Below, piece by piece: positions 30,496-40,682 of a stretch of DNA of 64,000 nt (positions within the stretch are counted from its first letter, which is position 1; the number at the start of each line of letters is the position of its first letter). The notes under the pieces are model-generated. The model worked only from the letters and a program-made list of their open reading frames with translations, did not search any database and was not told the DNA's origin. The DNA is taken from positions 21,769-85,768 of the forward strand of contig CAZMPJ010000002.1 of NCBI GenBank assembly GCA_964568455.1, in the 5' to 3' direction. This DNA comes from an uncultured bacterium. GTDB taxonomy: Bacteria; Margulisbacteria; WOR-1; O2-12-FULL-45-9. The translations under genes and the position numbers were made by a program.

Positions 30496-30939
30496 ATGGT
30501 TGATTGGGATTTAGTCAGGAAGTTAATTCAAGTTATAAAAGAAGAAGAGATTTCTGGTTTAGCGGTTGAAGAAAATGGAGTTAAATACGAAGTCCATCGT
30601 AATGCTAATGGTGCGATTATGACCAATTTTCCCGCTGTTCCTCCACCAACTTCTGCAGCAGCTCCTGCGTCAACTCCAACCGAATCTGAAGAAGAAGGGC
30701 TAGCGGCTATTACTTCTCCTATGGTTGGAACATTTTATAGTGCATCATCTCCAGAATCTCCTCCTTTTGTAGAGCCAGGACATGAGGTGGAACCAGGCAA
30801 AATAGTTTGTATTGTAGAAGCTATGAAGCTTTTTAATGAGATTGAATCAGAAATCAAGGGTAAAGTAATTAAAGTGTTGGTTGAAAACGGTCAACCCGTT
30901 GAATACGGACAAAAACTGATTCTAATCAAAAAAGCGTGA
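30496..30939 (+). CDS. accB: acetyl-CoA carboxylase biotin carboxyl carrier protein
   Basis: Pro/Ala-rich linker followed by a biotinyl domain with EAMKLFNEI (biotinylated Lys). Confidence 0.8.
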   Translation: MVDWDLVRKLIQVIKEEEISGLAVEENGVKYEVHRNANGAIMTNFPAVPPPTSAAAPASTPTESEEEGLAAITSPMVGTFYSASSPESPPFVEPGHEVEPGKIVCIVEAMKLFNEIESEIKGKVIKVLVENGQPVEYGQKLILIKKA

Positions 30940-32630
30940 ATACTTCATTATGGCAATTATCAGAGCCTAATAAAGAATTAGCTCAAGAGGTATCTTCGAA
31001 GTTTAATATTTCTCCTTTTATTGCCCAGATTTTAATTCACAGAGGCATAAAAAACCCGGACCAATTCTTGAATCCTCGCTTAAAAGACCTTTGTGATCCT
31101 ATGCAAATTCCCAACACAGAAAAAGCAGCTAAGAGAATTCTTTTAGCCAAAGAAAAAAATGAAAAAGTAGTGGTTTACGGTGATTACGATGTTGACGGTG
31201 TTACTGGCACAGCAATTTTAATCCACACTTTAAGGTTTTTAGGTATTAAAGCTGATTATTATATTCCGCATCGTTATGGAGAAGGTTATAGCTTATCTAT
31301 CGAAGCGATTGAAAAGTTGGCAGCGGATGGCGCGAATTTAATTTTAACGGTTGATTGCGGGATTTCTAATGTTAAAGAAATAAAAAAAGCCAAAGAGCTA
31401 GGCTTAGAAGTAGTGGTAACTGACCATCATAATATCCCAGAACAATTACCCGAGGCTTTTGCTTTGGTAAATCCAAAATTAATTTCCCAGGAACACCCTT
31501 CCCGCTATTTAGCTGGGGCAGGGGTGGCTTTTAAATTTGCCTGGGCGCTTTTAAAGGTGGCGGGGATTAAAGACGTTGAATTTTTATCTTCACTGCTTGA
31601 CTTAGCTGGTTTGGGAACTTTTTCTGATGTAGTGCCGCTAAAAGATGAAAATCGCGTTTTGGCCATTAACGGTTTAAAACAAATTAATGCACGCAAACGA
31701 CCAGGGATCAAAGCTTTACTTGAAGCTTCCGGGGTAAAAGGTGAAGTTAAAGTAAATAATATTTATTTTGCTTTGGCGCCACGCATCAATGCAGCTGGCC
31801 GATTGGAGCATGCTTCAAAGTCGGTTGAGCTTTTATTAACGGATGATTATGAACAAGCCCAAACTTTGGCCCAGGAGCTTAATCGTATTAATGTGAAGCG
31901 TCGGGATATTGGTAGTAGCATGCAAGAGGAGGCTTTTGCCCAAATTGATGATGATTATGTTGCAAAAAATAAGTTGGTTATTCTGCATGGCAGCGATTGG
32001 CATCCAGGGGTAATTGGTATTGTGGCTTCCAGGATTGTTGACCGTTACTCTCGTCCGGCAGTTTTGATAGGGGTTAATGAAGGGGTGGGGAGAGGTTCAG
32101 CGCGTTCCCTTAAAGGGGTCAACATGTATGAGTTGCTTAGCAATTGCAAAGATTTATTTACTGATTTTGGTGGGCATGAAGGGGCGGCTGGATTTGAAAT
32201 TGTCCCGGAAAAGATTCCTGAACTTAAAAAAAGATTGCAGGTAGCTATTGATGCAATGGTTTCATTTGATGATTTGAAAAATAAAGTTATAATTGATTTA
32301 GATTTAGAGCCAAAAGATATTGATTTTAGTCTAGTTAAAGCCTTAGAAGCTTTGGGTCCTTTTGGAGAAGGAAATCCTGTGCCAGTATTTAGGTCAAGAG
32401 GGGTAAAAGTTCAAGAAATGAAGACTGTGGGCAAACAAAACAAGCATTTAAAGATAAAATTCTTTAAACAGGATGTAGTGTTGGATGCGATTGGTTTTTC
32501 CATGGGAAGTTTTGAAAAAAAACTAACTTATAGCAAAAATTATGATATTGTTTATAACTTAGAGAGCAACGAGTGGAACGGCTTTGAACGTATCCAGCTT
32601 AATTTAATTGACATCAAGGAGGCTGAGTGA
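30936..32630 (+). CDS. recJ: single-stranded-DNA-specific exonuclease RecJ
   Basis: DHH motifs (DYDVDGVTG, VVTDHH) and a DHHA1 region (GGH..AAGF). Confidence 0.8.
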   Translation: MNTSLWQLSEPNKELAQEVSSKFNISPFIAQILIHRGIKNPDQFLNPRLKDLCDPMQIPNTEKAAKRILLAKEKNEKVVVYGDYDVDGVTGTAILIHTLRFLGIKADYYIPHRYGEGYSLSIEAIEKLAADGANLILTVDCGISNVKEIKKAKELGLEVVVTDHHNIPEQLPEAFALVNPKLISQEHPSRYLAGAGVAFKFAWALLKVAGIKDVEFLSSLLDLAGLGTFSDVVPLKDENRVLAINGLKQINARKRPGIKALLEASGVKGEVKVNNIYFALAPRINAAGRLEHASKSVELLLTDDYEQAQTLAQELNRINVKRRDIGSSMQEEAFAQIDDDYVAKNKLVILHGSDWHPGVIGIVASRIVDRYSRPAVLIGVNEGVGRGSARSLKGVNMYELLSNCKDLFTDFGGHEGAAGFEIVPEKIPELKKRLQVAIDAMVSFDDLKNKVIIDLDLEPKDIDFSLVKALEALGPFGEGNPVPVFRSRGVKVQEMKTVGKQNKHLKIKFFKQDVVLDAIGFSMGSFEKKLTYSKNYDIVYNLESNEWNGFERIQLNLIDIKEAE

Positions 32631-33907
32631 TGAAAGTATTAGTAATCGGTGCTGGTGGTCGTGAAGATGCCTTAGTTTGGAAGATAAATCAAAGCCCAAA
32701 AGTTAAAAAGATCTATTGTGCGCCGGGAAATGCAGGTACTGCGCAGTTAGCGGAAAATTTAAATATTAAAGCCGACGATGTTGCAGGTTTAAAAAAGTTT
32801 GCCAAAGAAAACAAGATTGATTTAACCGTGGTTGGTCCGGAAATTCCGCTGGTAGCTGGCATTGTGGACGAGTTTGCCAAAGAAGGCCTAAAAATATTTG
32901 GTCCCAATAAAGCAGCTGCCATGATTGAAGGCAGCAAAGTTTTTTCCAAAGATTTTATGCTGAAATATGAACTTCCTACTGCACAGGCTGGGATTTTTGA
33001 TAACTCCAAAGAAGCAATTGCTTATATTGAAGAAATGGGTGCGCCCATTGTGGTTAAAGCCGACGGTTTAGCTGCGGGTAAAGGCGTGATTGTGGCTAAA
33101 ACCAAGGAAGAGGCTATCGCTGCGGTAAAAGATATTATGGAAAAGAAGCAATTTGGAGAAGCTGGCAATAAAGTAGTTGTTGAAGAATGTTTAAAAGGCG
33201 AAGAAGCTTCAATCATTGCGATTACTGACGGAAAAACAGTTCTTTCTTTAGCTTCGTCTCAAGATCATAAACGAGTTTCTGATAATGATGAGGGTTTAAA
33301 CACCGGTGGAATGGGAGCTTACAGTCCTGCGCCGATTGTAACTGATCAATTAATGGAACAGATTGATCAAACGGTTTTAAAACCTTTTATTGCTGGCATG
33401 GAACAGGAAGGTATTGATTATAAAGGAGTAATTTACGCGGGGATTATGGTAACCAAAGAAGGGCCAAAAGTTTTAGAATTTAATGCTCGCTTTGGAGATC
33501 CAGAAACTCAACCAATTATGATGCGTATGCAAAGTGATATTGTGCCGATTTTTGAAGCAGTAATTGCTGGTAAATTAGCGGGGAAAAATATTGAGTGGAA
33601 AGATAAAGCTGCAGTTTGCGTGGTTTTAGCTTCGGGTGGTTATCCAGGTAAATATGAAAAGGGCATTCCAATTTCCGGCATTGAAAAAGTTGATCAATTA
33701 GACAATGCTTATGTGTTTCATGCTGGAACCAAGCTTTCGGGAAAAAATATTGTAACTTCCGGCGGAAGAGTTCTTGGAGTTACAGCTTTGGGTGATGGGA
33801 TCAAGTTTGCAATCCAAAATGCTTATCGGGCGGTTGACCTGATTAAATTCAAAGGTATGCACTATCGCAGGGATATTGGAAAGAAAGCATTAAAATATGA
33901 AAGGTGA
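32627..33907 (+). CDS. purD: phosphoribosylamine--glycine ligase
   Basis: Full-length PurD similarity (ATP-grasp). Confidence 0.85.
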   Translation: MMKVLVIGAGGREDALVWKINQSPKVKKIYCAPGNAGTAQLAENLNIKADDVAGLKKFAKENKIDLTVVGPEIPLVAGIVDEFAKEGLKIFGPNKAAAMIEGSKVFSKDFMLKYELPTAQAGIFDNSKEAIAYIEEMGAPIVVKADGLAAGKGVIVAKTKEEAIAAVKDIMEKKQFGEAGNKVVVEECLKGEEASIIAITDGKTVLSLASSQDHKRVSDNDEGLNTGGMGAYSPAPIVTDQLMEQIDQTVLKPFIAGMEQEGIDYKGVIYAGIMVTKEGPKVLEFNARFGDPETQPIMMRMQSDIVPIFEAVIAGKLAGKNIEWKDKAAVCVVLASGGYPGKYEKGIPISGIEKVDQLDNAYVFHAGTKLSGKNIVTSGGRVLGVTALGDGIKFAIQNAYRAVDLIKFKGMHYRRDIGKKALKYER

Positions 33908-33924
33908 GTAATTAGTAATAAGTA

Positions 33925-34476
33925 ATGAGAAAAGAAATTTTAGTTGTTACCTCTAATAAACACAAGCTTAAAGAAATTCGCAAGATCTTAAAATTAAAAG
34001 TTAAAGGCCAAAACTCTAATGTTAAAGAGGATAAAAGAACTTTTGAAGGCAACGCAATAAAAAAAGTTAAGGCCATTAAATTAAAACCTGGGCAAATTGC
34101 GATTGCGGATGATTCTGGGCTCATGGTTAATGCTTTAAATGGAAAACCGGGTGTTAAGTCAGCTAGGTTTGCCAGTCCTCCAACGCCAAACAATCTGTGT
34201 TCAAAATTATTAACAAAAATAAAGAATAAAAAAAATCGTTCTGCCAAGTTCGTTTGTGTAATAGCTATTGCTTATCCATCGGGAAAAATTAAAACTGTAA
34301 AAGGGGTTTGTCCTGGGAAGATTATTCATGAGATGAGGGGGAAGAGTGGGTTTGGTTATGATCCAGTGTTTGTGCCAAGAGGATATAAAAAATCTTTTGC
34401 GGAAATGAAATCTGCTATGAAAAATCGGTTAAGTCATCGAGGTAGGGCATTGAAAAAACTAAAAGCTATTTTATAA
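33925..34476 (+). CDS. rdgB: non-canonical purine NTP pyrophosphatase RdgB/HAM1
   Basis: ADDSGL, GFGYDP and SHRG motifs. Confidence 0.8.
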   Translation: MRKEILVVTSNKHKLKEIRKILKLKVKGQNSNVKEDKRTFEGNAIKKVKAIKLKPGQIAIADDSGLMVNALNGKPGVKSARFASPPTPNNLCSKLLTKIKNKKNRSAKFVCVIAIAYPSGKIKTVKGVCPGKIIHEMRGKSGFGYDPVFVPRGYKKSFAEMKSAMKNRLSHRGRALKKLKAIL

Positions 34477-35299
34477 TTTCCCCAGGATGTGAATGTAGCA
34501 GATAGACAATGCTTCCTACAATCAGAATTGCTCCTAAAACAAAAGTTGTACTTAATGTTTCACCCAAAAACAATATAGCTAAAGCAACTGACACTACAAT
34601 GGTAAACATGGAAATAGTTCCGCCTTCAACCACATTACAATATTTATAAGCATAGGTAAGTAAAAGCTGGGCAATGGTAGCAATTATAGCCATTGCGATT
34701 CCTAACATTAGTAGGTTGGCACTGGGAATGATTATTTTATTAATAGAAAAAAGACTGCCAAAAATAGTTCCACCAATCATTAAAGATAATGTTATGCCCC
34801 AAGAATTATCATATTTTCTAAGTTCCCTTATGCTAACTACTGCCATACCAGCTAAGATGGCAGAAAAAAGAGCATAGTTATAGCCAAAGTTCAAATTTGT
34901 AAACTCTGGCTGGATAATTAAATAAATACCAACGAAAGCGGTCAGTAAAGCAAAAAATGCTCCAGATTTTAATTCTTCTTTTAACCAGAAACTAGCAAAG
35001 AGCGTGGCAAAAATAGGATAAGTAAAAGAAAGTAAAACTGCGTCAGACAAGGGGATCATGGAAATGGCTTTAAAATAACAAGTAATAGCTGCGCCACCTA
35101 CTAATCCGCGGAAAATTAATAAAGGTTTATTTTTAAGGTCGAGTTTTATTTTGCCAATAACTAAAATTAATATGAGACCAGTTAATCCAACAAAAAAGCG
35201 GATGAAAACAATTTCTGCGGCAGGTAAATAAAAGGAAAGCACTTTGGCCATAAAAGCCATAATGCCGAATAATATTGAAGCGGTTAACATTGCCCACAT
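34466..35299 (-). CDS. EamA/DMT family transporter
   Basis: Ten TM helices with two EamA-like halves. Confidence 0.6.
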   Translation of the reverse strand: MWAMLTASILFGIMAFMAKVLSFYLPAAEIVFIRFFVGLTGLILILVIGKIKLDLKNKPLLIFRGLVGGAAITCYFKAISMIPLSDAVLLSFTYPIFATLFASFWLKEELKSGAFFALLTAFVGIYLIIQPEFTNLNFGYNYALFSAILAGMAVVSIRELRKYDNSWGITLSLMIGGTIFGSLFSINKIIIPSANLLMLGIAMAIIATIAQLLLTYAYKYCNVVEGGTISMFTIVVSVALAILFLGETLSTTFVLGAILIVGSIVYLLHSHPGEIIK

Positions 35300-35311
35300 A
35301 ATAAATTTAAA

Positions 35312-35384
35312 TGCGCCAGGGAGGACTTGAACCCCCAGCCTACTGGTTCGAAGCCAGACGCTCTATCCAATTGAGCTACTGGCG
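35312..35384 (-). tRNA. tRNA-Arg (anticodon TCG)
   Basis: Cloverleaf on the minus strand. Acceptor GCGCCAG/CTGGCGC, D-loop AGCTCAATTGGATAGAGC, anticodon loop CTTCGAA, T-loop GGTTCAAGTCC. Confidence 0.7.
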
Positions 35385-35420
35385 CATGTTTACATTATAG
35401 TACATTATTCATTGCAAAAA

Positions 35421-35462
35421 AATAATTATTTTGTTACAATAAAAAAAGAATAATTATTTTGT
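35421..35462 (+). promoter_or_regulatory. two 14-nt direct repeats (AATAATTATTTTGT) upstream of the hss operon
   Basis: Exact repeats at 35421-35434 and 35449-35462. The second abuts the AAGGAG RBS of hss. Confidence 0.35.
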
Positions 35463-35473
35463 AAGGAGAAAAA

Positions 35474-36967
35474 ATGTCAGAAAAAAAATATGTAAAGTTT
35501 GCAGGGAAAATATTGATTATTGGCTGCGGTTCGGTTTCGCAATGTGCTATCCCTCTGATTATCCGCCACATTGATGTTGATCCTAAGCGAGTTACTATTA
35601 TGGATTTTGTAGATAATAGCCATCGAGTAAAAGATTCACTGGCTAAAGGCGTTAAATATGTTAATGATCGAGTTACGCAAGATAATTATCAACAATTGCT
35701 GGCAAAATATGTTGGTAAGGGCGATTTAATTGTTGATTTAGCCTGGAACATTGATTGTATTGCTATAGTTAAATGGTGTCGGGATAATGAGGTGCTTTAT
35801 TGCAATACTTCGGTAGAAGAATGGGATCCGTATAAAGATGCAGAAAGAAATGATCCAGGGAAATATACATTATATTCAAGGCATATGGAAATTAGAAGAA
35901 AACTGGAAGAATGGGGCAATGAAAATGTTACTACTGCCATTGTTGACCATGGTGCTAATCCAGGATTGGTTTCTCATTTTACCAAACATGCTTTAATTGG
36001 TATTGCAAAAAAGATTCTTGCGGAAAAACCAAAAGACGAAAGGGTTGAACCATTAAAAGCGGCTTTAAAAGATAAAAACTTTGCAAAATTAGGCCAATTA
36101 ACCGGAACCAAAGTTATTCATATTTCAGAGCGTGATACCCAGATTACTGATAAACCAAAACAGGTCAATGAATTTGTAAACACCTGGAGTATTGAAGGCT
36201 TTTTTGAAGAAGGGGTGGCGCCGTCCGAATTGGGGTGGGGCACACACGAAAAATATATTCCAGAAGGAACTTATTTTCACAAAGTTGGTCCGCAAAACCA
36301 GATTTGCCTTAAAACTATTGGTATGAAAACCTGGGTAAGGTCTTGGGTTCCTTGTGGTGAAATTACTGGAATGGTGGTTCGCCATGGCGAAGCTTTTAGT
36401 ATTTCTGATCGCTTAACTGTTTGGGAAAACGGCAAAGCAGTTTATCGACCCACTGTCCATTATGCTTACTGTCCTTCTAATGCAGCGATCAATTCTTTGC
36501 ATGAACTGGAAATGCGCCAATTTAATCTGCAAGAGAAGCAAAGAATTATGAACGATGAAATTATTGATGGCGAAGACCAGCTTGGAGTTCTTCTAATGGG
36601 CCACGATTTTAAGTCCTGGTGGTGCGGCAGCTTGCTTGATATTCACAGTGCCAGAAAATTGGTTTTAGGACAACAAGCCACCACCATGCAGGTAGCTATA
36701 TCAGTTGTGTCAGCTGCAGTTTGGATGATTAAAAACCCAAAAAGAGGATTTTTAATGCCAGACGATGTTGATCATGAGGCAGTTTTAGAAGTAGCCATGG
36801 ATTATATTAAGCCTTTTGTTTCAAAAGCAGTTGATTGGACCCCGCTTAAAAATCTAAATAGTAAATTTACTAAATTTGATATCCCAATGCCAACTGAAGA
36901 AGATGTTTGGCAGTTTACTACTTTTTTGGTAGACCATAATATGCGCGCAAGAGCTAAAAAAATATGA
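35474..36967 (+). CDS. hss: homospermidine synthase
   Basis: Strong matches to bacterial HSS: ERDTQ, VNTWSIEGF, ELGWGT, VYRPTVHYAY, QLGVLLMGH, DWTPL. N-terminal Rossmann GCGSVS. Confidence 0.8.
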   Translation: MSEKKYVKFAGKILIIGCGSVSQCAIPLIIRHIDVDPKRVTIMDFVDNSHRVKDSLAKGVKYVNDRVTQDNYQQLLAKYVGKGDLIVDLAWNIDCIAIVKWCRDNEVLYCNTSVEEWDPYKDAERNDPGKYTLYSRHMEIRRKLEEWGNENVTTAIVDHGANPGLVSHFTKHALIGIAKKILAEKPKDERVEPLKAALKDKNFAKLGQLTGTKVIHISERDTQITDKPKQVNEFVNTWSIEGFFEEGVAPSELGWGTHEKYIPEGTYFHKVGPQNQICLKTIGMKTWVRSWVPCGEITGMVVRHGEAFSISDRLTVWENGKAVYRPTVHYAYCPSNAAINSLHELEMRQFNLQEKQRIMNDEIIDGEDQLGVLLMGHDFKSWWCGSLLDIHSARKLVLGQQATTMQVAISVVSAAVWMIKNPKRGFLMPDDVDHEAVLEVAMDYIKPFVSKAVDWTPLKNLNSKFTKFDIPMPTEEDVWQFTTFLVDHNMRARAKKI

Positions 36968-38082
36968 GCGACGGTATTGAAAATTTAATTAGACGTAAGG
37001 TTGAGCAGCAAGGCTCACCGCTTATGCTGATTAGCCGCAAAACTCTGCGCCAGCAATATGAGCGCTTTACCCGTTATCTTTCTATGGTTACTCCTTATTA
37101 CGCGATTAAAGCTAATCCTCACCCAGAAATCATCAAATACTTTATAAAACTGGGAGCAGGTTTTGACGTGGCTAGCGCTGCGGAAATGAATTTGGTGCTT
37201 AGCTTAGGAGCTGACCCTAAAAAAATTATTTTTGCTAATACAGTTAAATCTAATGAAGATATTGTGAAGGCTAACAGGAAAAAAGTACGCTTTATGACTT
37301 TTGATAATGAATCCGAACTTTATAAGATTGCTAAACATTGTTCTGGAGTCAGAGTTTTAGTCAGAATTAAAGTTAGCAATGACGGCAGCACGGTTGAATT
37401 GTCCCGCAAGTTTGGCGCTGATCCTGATCAAGCTATCTTCCTTTTAAAAAAAGCCAAATCATTGGGGCTTAAGCCAGCTGGAGTTTCTTTTCACGTAGGC
37501 TCACAATGTGTTAATTTGAAAAATTTTCTTCAAGCGTTAGATCTTTGCGGCACAATTTTTAATGAGGCTAAGGGCGTAGGCTTAAAGTTAGATACACTTG
37601 ATATTGGTGGAGGGTTTCCCATTCGTCATTTTGACAGTGACGACCATATGACTTTAAAAGAGATGGCTAGACATTTGCGCAAAAAAATGAAAAGGTTGTT
37701 TGATAAAGATACTAAGTTTATTGCGGAACCAGGAAGATATTTAGCTGGCCCTGCCGGAACCTTGGTTACTCGGGTAGTGGGAAGGACCTTTCGCAATAAT
37801 CGCAATTTTTATTATATTGATGACGGTATTTACGCGGATTTTTCCGGTATGATTTTTGATCATTGCCGCTATGAATTTAAAACTCTGCGCCGCGGCCAAA
37901 AATTCTTAAGCACTATTGCTGGACCTACTTGCGACTCTTTAGATATCCTTTCGCATAACGAAGATTTACCCGAGCTTGAAGTAGGTAATATTGTTTACGT
38001 AAAAAATATTGGAGCTTACTCTTGTGCCTCCGCGGTTCCTAATTTCAATGGTTTTAAGCCCGCGAAAATCATTATGGTATAA
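36964..38082 (+). CDS. PLP-dependent ornithine/basic-amino-acid decarboxylase (ODC family, fold type III)
   Basis: PYYAIKANP (PLP lysine), a GGGFP glycine loop, and the C-terminal beta-barrel domain. Translationally coupled to hss, supplying putrescine. Confidence 0.75.
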   Translation: MSDGIENLIRRKVEQQGSPLMLISRKTLRQQYERFTRYLSMVTPYYAIKANPHPEIIKYFIKLGAGFDVASAAEMNLVLSLGADPKKIIFANTVKSNEDIVKANRKKVRFMTFDNESELYKIAKHCSGVRVLVRIKVSNDGSTVELSRKFGADPDQAIFLLKKAKSLGLKPAGVSFHVGSQCVNLKNFLQALDLCGTIFNEAKGVGLKLDTLDIGGGFPIRHFDSDDHMTLKEMARHLRKKMKRLFDKDTKFIAEPGRYLAGPAGTLVTRVVGRTFRNNRNFYYIDDGIYADFSGMIFDHCRYEFKTLRRGQKFLSTIAGPTCDSLDILSHNEDLPELEVGNIVYVKNIGAYSCASAVPNFNGFKPAKIIMV

Positions 38083-38094
38083 AGGAGGATTTTT

Positions 38095-38583
38095 ATGCCA
38101 AAGAAAAAGAGTAAAAAGAAAACTTCTCGACAAGTTCGAAGTAAGAAGAAAACCGTTAAAAAAGCCTCAAAAAAAGTAAAAGCACTTAAACCCATTGCCG
38201 AAATAGAGCATTTTTTTGGAAAAATTAATGTTGCGGCTTTCAAGTTAAAAAAACCTTTAAAAATTGGTGATAAAATCCATATTAAAGGAGCCACTACTGA
38301 TTTTGTTCAGGGTATTGATTCAATGCAGATTAATCATAAAACTGTTACTAAAGCGGCCAAAGGAAAAGATATTGGCATAAGGGTTAAAGGAAAATGTCGG
38401 GTAGGGGATAAAGTATTTATTGCTGCAAAAGATGCAGGTATTACTGCAAAACCTAGTGCTCCCAATTTTATGTTTCCTATGATGCAGCCCACTAAACGTC
38501 CAGAATCGCCAAAGCCAATGAAAAAGCCGCAACCGCCTAAAAAATCGGGTGGATATGAAGAAACGAAGTTCTTAAGTTTCTAA
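38095..38583 (+). CDS. lysine-rich-tail protein with translation-factor-like beta-barrel domain
   Basis: The N-terminal 40 aa are about 50% Lys. A following G..V..G....G..I.I.G pattern resembles EF-Tu domain II-type beta-barrels. The C-terminus is Pro/Lys-rich. Confidence 0.3.
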   Translation: MPKKKSKKKTSRQVRSKKKTVKKASKKVKALKPIAEIEHFFGKINVAAFKLKKPLKIGDKIHIKGATTDFVQGIDSMQINHKTVTKAAKGKDIGIRVKGKCRVGDKVFIAAKDAGITAKPSAPNFMFPMMQPTKRPESPKPMKKPQPPKKSGGYEETKFLSF

Positions 38584-38601
38584 TTTATTCGGATTTTTAT
38601 T

Positions 38602-38676
38602 TGGGGCGGCCAGTGGGAATTGAACCCGCAATAACAGAATCACAATCTGTCGTGTTACCACTACACTATGGCCGCC
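38602..38676 (-). tRNA. tRNA-His (anticodon GTG) with encoded G-1 and CCA
   Basis: Minus strand. Anticodon loop TTGTGAT, an extra 5' G pairing with C73, and an encoded CCA. Confidence 0.8.
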
Positions 38677-38698
38677 ACGCTTTTATTATCATACCAAA

Positions 38699-38730
38699 AA
38701 GCTTGCCCCGAGCGCAAGTCGAGGGGTATA
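38699..38730. repeat. GC-rich dispersed repeat copy 2 (inverted orientation)
   Basis: AGCTTGCCCCGAGCGCAAGTCGAGGGGTATAA is the reverse complement of copy 1 except for the central spacer. Confidence 0.55.
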
Positions 38731-38739
38731 ATTAGGGCA

Positions 38740-39882
38740 ATGCGTTGGCTATCGATTACTTTATTATTATTTTTTGTGTATGGTTGCTCTATTCAACAAT
38801 CTTCTAGTGCTGATCTTCAAATTATCAGTTTAAGTGCGGACGGCGACACTATTACCACTAGTATTTATAATCAGGGTGACGGGGATGCGACTGATGCCAC
38901 GATTACTTTTAATTTAGATGAAATTTATTATGCTGATCCCAATAGTATAACTTCAACCATTAGTCTTTTGGCAGCGGGCGGATTTTTAACTGTTGAAACC
39001 ACAAACAGTTTAACTTCAGAAGGTGGGGTGGGTCAACATTATTTAAAAGCAGATACTGGGAGTGATACCAGCGCGCTTTATTACTATGATGGAGCTTATA
39101 CTAGTGCTTACAATTATATTAACAATAATAAAAGCACCTGGATTTCTACGATTAGGGATCGCTGTCAATTGTATTATAATTGGCCGGCGTCAGGTAACTA
39201 TAATATGCAATTGCTTGATGACATGACGAGTTTGGGTAGAAGAAGTACCAGGACTATTTTGGGAACCTCTACTTCGGTTCTATCTTTAGATCTAGAAGCC
39301 GCGGCAGATGGTTATTCTGCCTATTATTGGGATGGAGATCGCATTTCTTATAATACATCCCGCGAAATTGTTTATCATGAATATGTCCATGCTTTTCATC
39401 GGGAATATGTGGTGCAATATGGTAGCTGGAATAATGCACCTACCTGGTTTAAAGAAGGTATAGCTGTTTTTACTGCTGGTCAGGGCCCTAATCGAGTTAA
39501 ATACTATGCTTATCGCTATAAAAATAATTATGATTATACACAATATGAAACCCGCGAAGAAATTCTAGAAGGAGTTTGTGGTGGTAGCAGTCATACACAT
39601 GAGTCCAATGATTATGCTGGAGATTATTTAGCCATTCAATACATAATTGATAATTACAGTTATGCAACACTCCGAAGTATTATTTACGATAATGCTAATG
39701 GTGAAGATATCGAAGATGCGATTGTGGATAATTTGTCTAATGTTAGCAGTTGGACTTCTTTTAAAAGTAAACTTAGGTCTTATACCGATGATGTTTTAGA
39801 TGACTATTGGGATCATTTGACAAGTTCTTCTGTTTCTGCGGCTGATATTACTATGCCACCTGAATCAGAATTGATTGATTAA
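38740..39882 (+). CDS. secreted zinc metallopeptidase-like lipoprotein (peptidase MA-like, HExxH)
   Basis: Signal peptide with a lipobox-like FVYGC. HEYVHAFH followed by WFKEGIAVF is typical of MA-clan peptidases. The start was moved to 38740 because the ORF extension overlaps tRNA-His. Confidence 0.45.
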   Translation: MRWLSITLLLFFVYGCSIQQSSSADLQIISLSADGDTITTSIYNQGDGDATDATITFNLDEIYYADPNSITSTISLLAAGGFLTVETTNSLTSEGGVGQHYLKADTGSDTSALYYYDGAYTSAYNYINNNKSTWISTIRDRCQLYYNWPASGNYNMQLLDDMTSLGRRSTRTILGTSTSVLSLDLEAAADGYSAYYWDGDRISYNTSREIVYHEYVHAFHREYVVQYGSWNNAPTWFKEGIAVFTAGQGPNRVKYYAYRYKNNYDYTQYETREEILEGVCGGSSHTHESNDYAGDYLAIQYIIDNYSYATLRSIIYDNANGEDIEDAIVDNLSNVSSWTSFKSKLRSYTDDVLDDYWDHLTSSSVSAADITMPPESELID

Positions 39883-40457
39883 AACTGGTTAACAAATCCT
39901 AGAATTAACAAAAGTCTTTCGCTAAAATTACTGCCAGTAATAGGTTTTAAATTTCGCACCCCAACCATAAAATCACCCAGCCAAGCTTCTTTTCTTTCAA
40001 TGGCCACGGAAAAATCAACTAGGTTGCTGTTGGAAAACAAAGAAACATTAATCGGCATAATAAAGTTAAGGTTTTCCGCCAGCTCAATTTCAGATAGTAA
40101 ACCAAAATCAATTGGAGTGGTAAAACCTGTTTCAGGGGTATAAATAAACTGATAGCCAAAGATTGCGGTAGGTAAAATCATATGCCATTTTTCCAGTCCC
40201 AAAGCAAGTCTGTAACTAACAATGTAGGATGAGCTAAGCAAAATTGGATTATCTAAACTAATATAGGCAATTTCAATCGAAGTTCTTTCTTTAACCGGAT
40301 AACCCAGGGTTACAGCAGAAGAAAGTGATGTTAAATTAGCTGAAGGTAAAAGATCAAAAACATAGTAAAGCTTTTCTTCGCTTTCAAACTGGAAGCGGAA
40401 GGCAAGGGTTGAGGAGGCAATGGATATTATTAATATAAATACCAATAAGAATCGCAT
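39879..40457 (-). CDS. small outer-membrane beta-barrel-like protein
   Basis: Signal peptide, alternating hydrophobic beta-strand pattern, and a C-terminal Phe (NQF). Confidence 0.35.
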   Translation of the reverse strand: MRFLLVFILIISIASSTLAFRFQFESEEKLYYVFDLLPSANLTSLSSAVTLGYPVKERTSIEIAYISLDNPILLSSSYIVSYRLALGLEKWHMILPTAIFGYQFIYTPETGFTTPIDFGLLSEIELAENLNFIMPINVSLFSNSNLVDFSVAIERKEAWLGDFMVGVRNLKPITGSNFSERLLLILGFVNQF

Positions 40458-40476
40458 TGGACATATTGTAGCATAA

Positions 40477-40505
40477 TTGACTAAAAATAAGGCCTATGTT
40501 AAACT
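40477..40505 (+). promoter_or_regulatory. putative sigma70-type promoter for the tRNA array (TTGACT-N17-TAAACT)
   Basis: -35 element at 40477-40482 and -10-like element at 40500-40505, about 12 nt upstream of the first tRNA. Confidence 0.35.
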
Positions 40506-40516
40506 TTTTAGGTCAT

Positions 40517-40589
<73 letters not shown>

Positions 40590-40599
40590 TTTTTAATAT

Positions 40600-40674
40600 C
40601 GGGGTGTGGCTCAACTTGGCTAGAGCACCTGCTTTGGGAGCAGGGGGTTGCTGGTTCAAATCCAGTCACCCCGA
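40600..40674 (+). tRNA. tRNA-Pro (TGG)
   Basis: Anticodon loop TTTGGGA with G37, acceptor CGGGGTG/CACCCCG. Confidence 0.8.
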
Positions 40675-40682
40675 TTTTTTTG

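Noticed and set aside
38668-38739. N-terminal extension of the metallopeptidase ORF
   Set aside because: It overlaps tRNA-His on the opposite strand. The Met at 38740 begins a proper lipoprotein signal peptide.
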